NCBI GenBank assembly: GCA_963796685.1
Contig: CAWCMR010000001.1
Coordinates: 93,053-157,052 of the forward strand
Length of the DNA: 64,000 bases
Reading direction: 5' to 3'
Origin: an uncultured delta proteobacterium
GTDB taxonomy: Bacteria; Myxococcota_A; Polyangia; Fen-1088
A model generated the notes under the pieces. That model was not told the origin of the DNA. It did no database searches and saw nothing but the letters and a program-made list of their open reading frames with translations. The translations under genes and the position numbers were made by a program. Positions 59,379-64,000 of the stretch are shown in pieces. Within the stretch, counting starts at the first letter, position 1. Each line of letters starts with the position of its first letter.

Positions 59379-60598
59379 TCAAGCCTTCTGTTCTTTTTCA
59401 AGCTGCTTGAGCGTTGCCGGACCCAGCAGATCCTCTTCCTCTATCTTGTGCTGGGCCCGGAAGCGCTTCAGGGCCGCGCGGGTGCGTGGCCCGAGCTCGC
59501 CTTCCTCGTCGCCGCAGTGGAAGCCCAGGTTCTCGAGCCGCGCCTGGACGCCGGACAAGTCTTCGATTGGGTCCAGGTGGCCCATGCCCAGGTCGAGAAT
59601 CAGGCAGTCGGTTTTGCCTTTGGAGTCCTTGGGCCAAACGATTAGGCGCAGCTCCGTCGCTGTTAGCGGGAGCTTTTCATCCAGCAACCCGTCTCCGCCG
59701 GTTGTGCCCTTGCGGCGGTGGATCTTTCGACCGTCACGGAAAGTCAGTTCATAGCGGGCGTTGGCTGCTGGTTCATCGACGTCCAATTCGATGGTCAGAT
59801 GAAGCCGCTGGGTGGGGCGCTTTGCCGTGATCTTGGTTTCCTGGTCTGCCGCCAGCTTGAACACCGCTGCCTTGTGGGGCGGGATGGCGACCTTGTCCCC
59901 GGGCCTGAGGACGTCAGGGTTCGGCCGCGCCTTGGCCAGCTCTCGATTGTCGGAGTGGTGCCATACGGTGCCAACGTCGGAGAAACCGTACTTCCACGCA
60001 ATTCGCGCTGCCGTCTCCCCCTGGCGCACGACGTGGACGCGAGCTTCGCCATGTTCGTCGCCAGCCTTGGCACCTTCGAAGGAAGCGGCGTCGAAGTCGA
60101 CGAAGGTCAGCTCCACTTGGCCCTTTGACAACCCGCGCAGCTCGACCGTGCCGCCAGGCGGGGTCCTACCCTCTGCGATGCGGCCGTCGGGCAGCTTGGC
60201 CGCATACTTGACCCACGCCACTGGAAGCCCTTCCTTGTCCTTGACCACAAACCTCACCCAGGACTTCTTGTCCTTCCTGCCCTTCGACATGTCCTTGGTG
60301 GCCGTCTGGGGCGCCATCGCGGGCACGCTCATGGCGCCCATGAGGGGCGCCGGTGGCGTGTTGGGCGGCATCTTCGCCCCTGGCATGTGATTGGCGGTCC
60401 ACAGGTCGAGAACGCGCAGCGCGGGCGAGCTCTCGATGAACACGTCGAACGAGCCCATGACCGGGTAGGCCGCGCCCTCGACCGCGTGCGAGAGCACGCC
60501 GCCGCCGGTCGGGCGGGAAACGGCGTTCCCGGTCGACTGCTTGATGTAGGAGTTCATGTTGCCCACCGGGTTGCCTTCGATGGTCACGGTGGACGCTA
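59379..60598 (-). pseudogene. PAAR-like DUF4150-LysM-peptidoglycan-binding protein, 5'-truncated
   Basis: VTIEGNPV...STG...GGGVLS...SFDVFIE (second half of DUF4150); HVVRQGET (LysM); VQARLENLGF...GPRTRAALKRF (PG_binding_1). Confidence 0.75.
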
Positions 60599-60851
60599 CT
60601 AGAGCACCGAACGGTTTGAAAGTGCCGGGAATTCAAGAAGTTGCTACGCACGTGCGCGCTCCGATCCCCTCGCCCCGCGCAGCGGGGAGAGGGCTAGGGT
60701 GAGGGGTCAGCGCACTCTCTCGCATGGCCGAACCCCTCACCCGACGCGCTTCGCGCGTCGACCTCTCCCCGCTTCGCGGGGCGAGGTGAACCTTCCGAGT
60801 ACTTCGCAAGCTCTCGATTCTGCACAGCATTCAACCCGTTCGGTGCTCTAG
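60599..60851. mobile_element. 253-bp MITE-like element with internal REP-like palindromes
   Basis: 22-bp terminal IRs CTAGAGCACCGAACGG(T/G)TTGAA with one mismatch; internal CCCTCACCC/CCTCTCCCC hairpin units. Confidence 0.75.
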
Positions 60852-60944
60852 GACACCGCGCCAGCGTCAACCTCGCTCGCTGGAAGCGACTCGCGGGATT
60901 CCCGTTCCCGTCGAGCAGCACGGCGAGTAACATCTTCACCGGCC

Positions 60945-63900
60945 GTGGCAGACGTATCGAAACGTAGCGTTCTCTCGGTCCTGATCAAGGGACGGTTGGA
61001 AGATCTCGGGCGAAACTTTGGCGTTTCTGTCCCAACCACGGGGACAAAGGATGCCCAGGTGGCCGTCCTGGCGGATTCGCCACTGGACTTGCCGAGCATC
61101 CTTGGGCGGCTAAGGCGGGATGAGTTGCGGTCGGCCTGTCGTGCGCACGGGCTGGATGCCACGGGGCGTGGACGCGGCGACCTGATGGCGCGATTGGCCG
61201 GACCGGGACTGGCCACGGGAGCGCGCGAAGGTGAGCCAGCGTGGCAGCGCTTGCACCAGGCTGACGGCCTGCCGCGCGAGGGCCAGATCGTGCAAGTCCG
61301 GCACCGGCAGTATTTGGTCACCGGGGTCACCACACCAGAGCTCGGCGAAGACAGGTCAGGACAAACCCTGGTCAGCCTGGTCTGTCTCGACGACGATGCA
61401 GCCGGGCGGCGGCTCGAAGTCCTGTGGGAGCGGGAGCTGGGCGCGCGAGTATTCACGCCCGAGGAACGTGGGCTTGGCGACCGGCTCGATCCGCCACGCC
61501 AGTTCGCCGCCTACCTGCATGCCTTGAAGTGGGGCTGCGTGACCGCCACGGATGCGCGGCTTTTTCAGGCGCCGTTTCGCGCGGGGGTGAAGGTTCTCGA
61601 CCACCAGATGGTACCGCTTCGTAAGGCGCTGGAATTGCCGCGCGTGAATCTCTTCCTGGCCGACGACGTCGGCTTGGGCAAGACCATCGAGGCGGGGCTC
61701 ATCTTGCAGGAGCTGATTCTGCGTCAGCGCGTGGATCAGGCGTTGATCATCTGCCCGGCAGCCTTGGCCTTGCAGTGGCGAGCCGAGATGGAGAAGCGGT
61801 TCGGCATCCGTTTCGAGATCTACAACCGCGACTTCGTGGTGCGCCGCCGCGAGGAGCGCGGCTTCGGCGTGAATCCCTGGACCACTTTTCCACGCTTCAT
61901 CATCTCGTACCAGACCCTGCGCCGGCCCGAGTATCGAGAGCCCCTCCTGCGCCACTTGGATCAGCGCGCGCCCAAGAGCCTGCTCATCATGGACGAGGCG
62001 CACACGGCGGCGCCCGCGTCGGCATCGAAGTACGCGGTCGATTCTAACGTCACCCATGTCGTGCGCGAGGTGGCGCCCAAGTTCGAGCATCGCCTATTCC
62101 TCTCGGCCACCCCGCACAACGGCCACTCGAACAGTTTCTCGTCGCTCCTGGAAATCCTCGATCCGCAGCGATTCACTCGCGGCGTGCCTGTCTCCGGTCC
62201 CAAGCAACTCGAACCGGTGATGGTCCGGCGCCTGAAGGGCGAGTTGCGCGAGCTGGGCATCGAGGGCTATCCGTTGCGGCGGGTGATTCAGATAGACCTC
62301 ACGCACGGGCCGGGTGGCTGGCAGCAACGCCACATTGTCGACGGCCGCGGGACAGCGCCGGGTGCGGTCGGAGAGGGCTCCGACGCCGAGATCGAGCTTT
62401 CCGCTCTCCTAGCCCAGTATTCATCCCTGCTAAAACAGAAGAACCGCCGCAGCAGGTTGGTGATCGCCAATCTGCAAAAGCGGTTGCTCTCCAGCATCGA
62501 GGCTTTCGCCCGCACCCTGGCCGTTCACGCCAAGAGCGTTGGCACCCGCGCGGACAAGGCAACCGCGACCGGCCCTACGCCAGACGACAGCGAATACGGT
62601 GAGGACGAGGCGACCTCGGACGAGCGCTTCGACGCGCAGATGTTCATGTTCTCCGGCGCCCTCGCGGCCCCTAGCACCGACGCGCGCGCCTTGCTGGAAC
62701 GCATGACCGGCCTGGCGGAACAGAACCGCCGCGCGCCCGGCCCCAAGGTGCTGGCCCTGCTCGACTGGATTCGCCGCAACCAGTGTCCGGCAGTCCAGCT
62801 TGGTGGAGCGGCTCGCGCTCGCGTGCCAGCGCCGTGGACCGACCGGCGGGTCATCGTCTTCACCGAGTATGCGGACACCAAACGCTATCTCGCCACCATC
62901 CTGCGCGCTGCTTTCGACGGCACGGCCGACGGCGATCTGCGCCTGATGGAATTCCACGGCGGCATGTCCGACCGCCAGCGCGAAGAGGTCCAGCGCGCGT
63001 TCAACGGGCCGCCGGAGCAGTATCCCGTGCGAATCCTGCTCGCCACCGACGCAGCTCGCGAGGGCGTGAACCTGCAGGGTTACTGCGCGGACATCTTCCA
63101 CTTCGATGTGCCTTGGAACCCCGCCCGGCTTGAACAGCGCAACGGCCGCGTGGATCGAACCCTGCAACGGGAGAAGGAAGTTCGCTGCCACTACTTCGTC
63201 TACCCGCAGCGAGCTGAGGACCACGTGCTGCAAGTCCTGATCGAAAAGGTCGAGCGCATCCGCCGCGACCTGGGCACCCTGGGCGAGGTCGTCGCCGAAC
63301 GCCTGGCCGAGGTGCTGGAAGAGGGCATCGGCCCCAACACGGAAGCCCGCCTGGACGAGGCCGAGCGCATCGACAATCTGAAGACCAGCGCAACCCGCGA
63401 CCTTGAATCCGTACACGCCGTCCAGAAGGCCCGCGAGGACATCGACCTCGTGGCCAACATCCTGAACGACTCGCGCAAGGTCATGGACTACGAGCCCGGT
63501 CTCCTTCGCGAGGCCATCGACGTGGGTCTCGGCCTCGGCGGCGGGGCCTCGCTCATTCCCACCGCGACGCCGCACACCTTCAACCTGCCCGAGCTCGGCG
63601 ACACCTGGCAAACCACCTTGGACGCCTTCCGCCCGCCGCGCGAGCGTGACGAGAGCTTCGATGAATGGCGCAAGCACCCGCTGCGGCCGGTGACCTTCGT
63701 TTCGCCCGAGCACCTGACCGATGAGGTCGTGCAACTTCACCTGCAACATCCCTTCGTCCAGCGCGTGCTGTCGCGTTTCCGCGCGCAGGGTTGGGCGGCG
63801 CACGACCTCGGCCGCGTGACCGTTCTGCGCAACCAGAGGGACTCCCTCGTTCGCGTCATCGGCATTGGCCGACTATCGCTGTTCGGCCCGGGCGCCACCA

Positions 63901-64000
63901 GGCTGCACGAAGAAATGATCCTGGTCGCCGCCCACTGGCTCGACAATCGGGCCGACGGCCGCCTCAAACCGTTCGCCGAGGAGGCCGACCGGGCGATTCA
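60945..64000 (+). CDS. drmD: SNF2-like helicase of DISARM DrmD type (runs off window end)
   Basis: Not in the ORF track; translated by hand. VCLDDDA...LEVLWE, LPRVNLFLADDVGLGKTIEAG, DEAH, LSATPHNG, AREGVNLQ and PWNPARLEQRNGRVDR. Confidence 0.85.
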   Translation, partial: MADVSKRSVLSVLIKGRLEDLGRNFGVSVPTTGTKDAQVAVLADSPLDLPSILGRLRRDELRSACRAHGLDATGRGRGDLMARLAGPGLATGAREGEPAWQRLHQADGLPREGQIVQVRHRQYLVTGVTTPELGEDRSGQTLVSLVCLDDDAAGRRLEVLWERELGARVFTPEERGLGDRLDPPRQFAAYLHALKWGCVTATDARLFQAPFRAGVKVLDHQMVPLRKALELPRVNLFLADDVGLGKTIEAGLILQELILRQRVDQALIICPAALALQWRAEMEKRFGIRFEIYNRDFVVRRREERGFGVNPWTTFPRFIISYQTLRRPEYREPLLRHLDQRAPKSLLIMDEAHTAAPASASKYAVDSNVTHVVREVAPKFEHRLFLSATPHNGHSNSFSSLLEILDPQRFTRGVPVSGPKQLEPVMVRRLKGELRELGIEGYPLRRVIQIDLTHGPGGWQQRHIVDGRGTAPGAVGEGSDAEIELSALLAQYSSLLKQKNRRSRLVIANLQKRLLSSIEAFARTLAVHAKSVGTRADKATATGPTPDDSEYGEDEATSDERFDAQMFMFSGALAAPSTDARALLERMTGLAEQNRRAPGPKVLALLDWIRRNQCPAVQLGGAARARVPAPWTDRRVIVFTEYADTKRYLATILRAAFDGTADGDLRLMEFHGGMSDRQREEVQRAFNGPPEQYPVRILLATDAAREGVNLQGYCADIFHFDVPWNPARLEQRNGRVDRTLQREKEVRCHYFVYPQRAEDHVLQVLIEKVERIRRDLGTLGEVVAERLAEVLEEGIGPNTEARLDEAERIDNLKTSATRDLESVHAVQKAREDIDLVANILNDSRKVMDYEPGLLREAIDVGLGLGGGASLIPTATPHTFNLPELGDTWQTTLDAFRPPRERDESFDEWRKHPLRPVTFVSPEHLTDEVVQLHLQHPFVQRVLSRFRAQGWAAHDLGRVTVLRNQRDSLVRVIGIGRLSLFGPGATRLHEEMILVAAHWLDNRADGRLKPFAEEADRAI

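Overview
GC-rich window, most likely from a Myxococcota/Polyangia-type bacterium (many Cys/Gly-rich lipoproteins and AgmX/PglI C-terminal domains; taxonomy is inferred). The left ~47 kb is a mosaic phosphate-scavenging region. It encodes a metallophosphoesterase lipoprotein, ppx (frameshifted), a truncated 5'-nucleotidase, an EEP enzyme, a beta-propeller phosphoesterase plus outer-membrane protein, ppk2, a secY outside its ribosomal operon, an orphan pstS-CHASE hybrid kinase-HD-GYP module, arsC and an alkaline-phosphatase-fold protein. Several of these genes carry 11-bp-period Pho-box-like repeats upstream. The same region holds a ~13 kb NeuB/KdsC/SpsF/transketolase/aminotransferase/desaturase/PAP2/glycosyltransferase cluster, IS91 and integrase remnants and an intact ISL3, and it ends at a tRNA-Asp 3' fragment (probable att site). 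The right part has an AAA-DUF4143 ATPase, a Phd-PIN toxin-antitoxin pair, Cys-rich lipoproteins, a truncated PAAR-like/LysM/OmpA cassette, a 253-bp MITE and the start of a DISARM DrmD-like helicase. The most unusual locus is a radical SAM/SPASM enzyme fused to a lipobox-bearing tail ending in GGVC, followed by a catalytically stripped paralog with two GGIC motifs: a candidate undescribed peptide/lipoprotein modification system. All calls come from motif recognition by eye; no searches were run.
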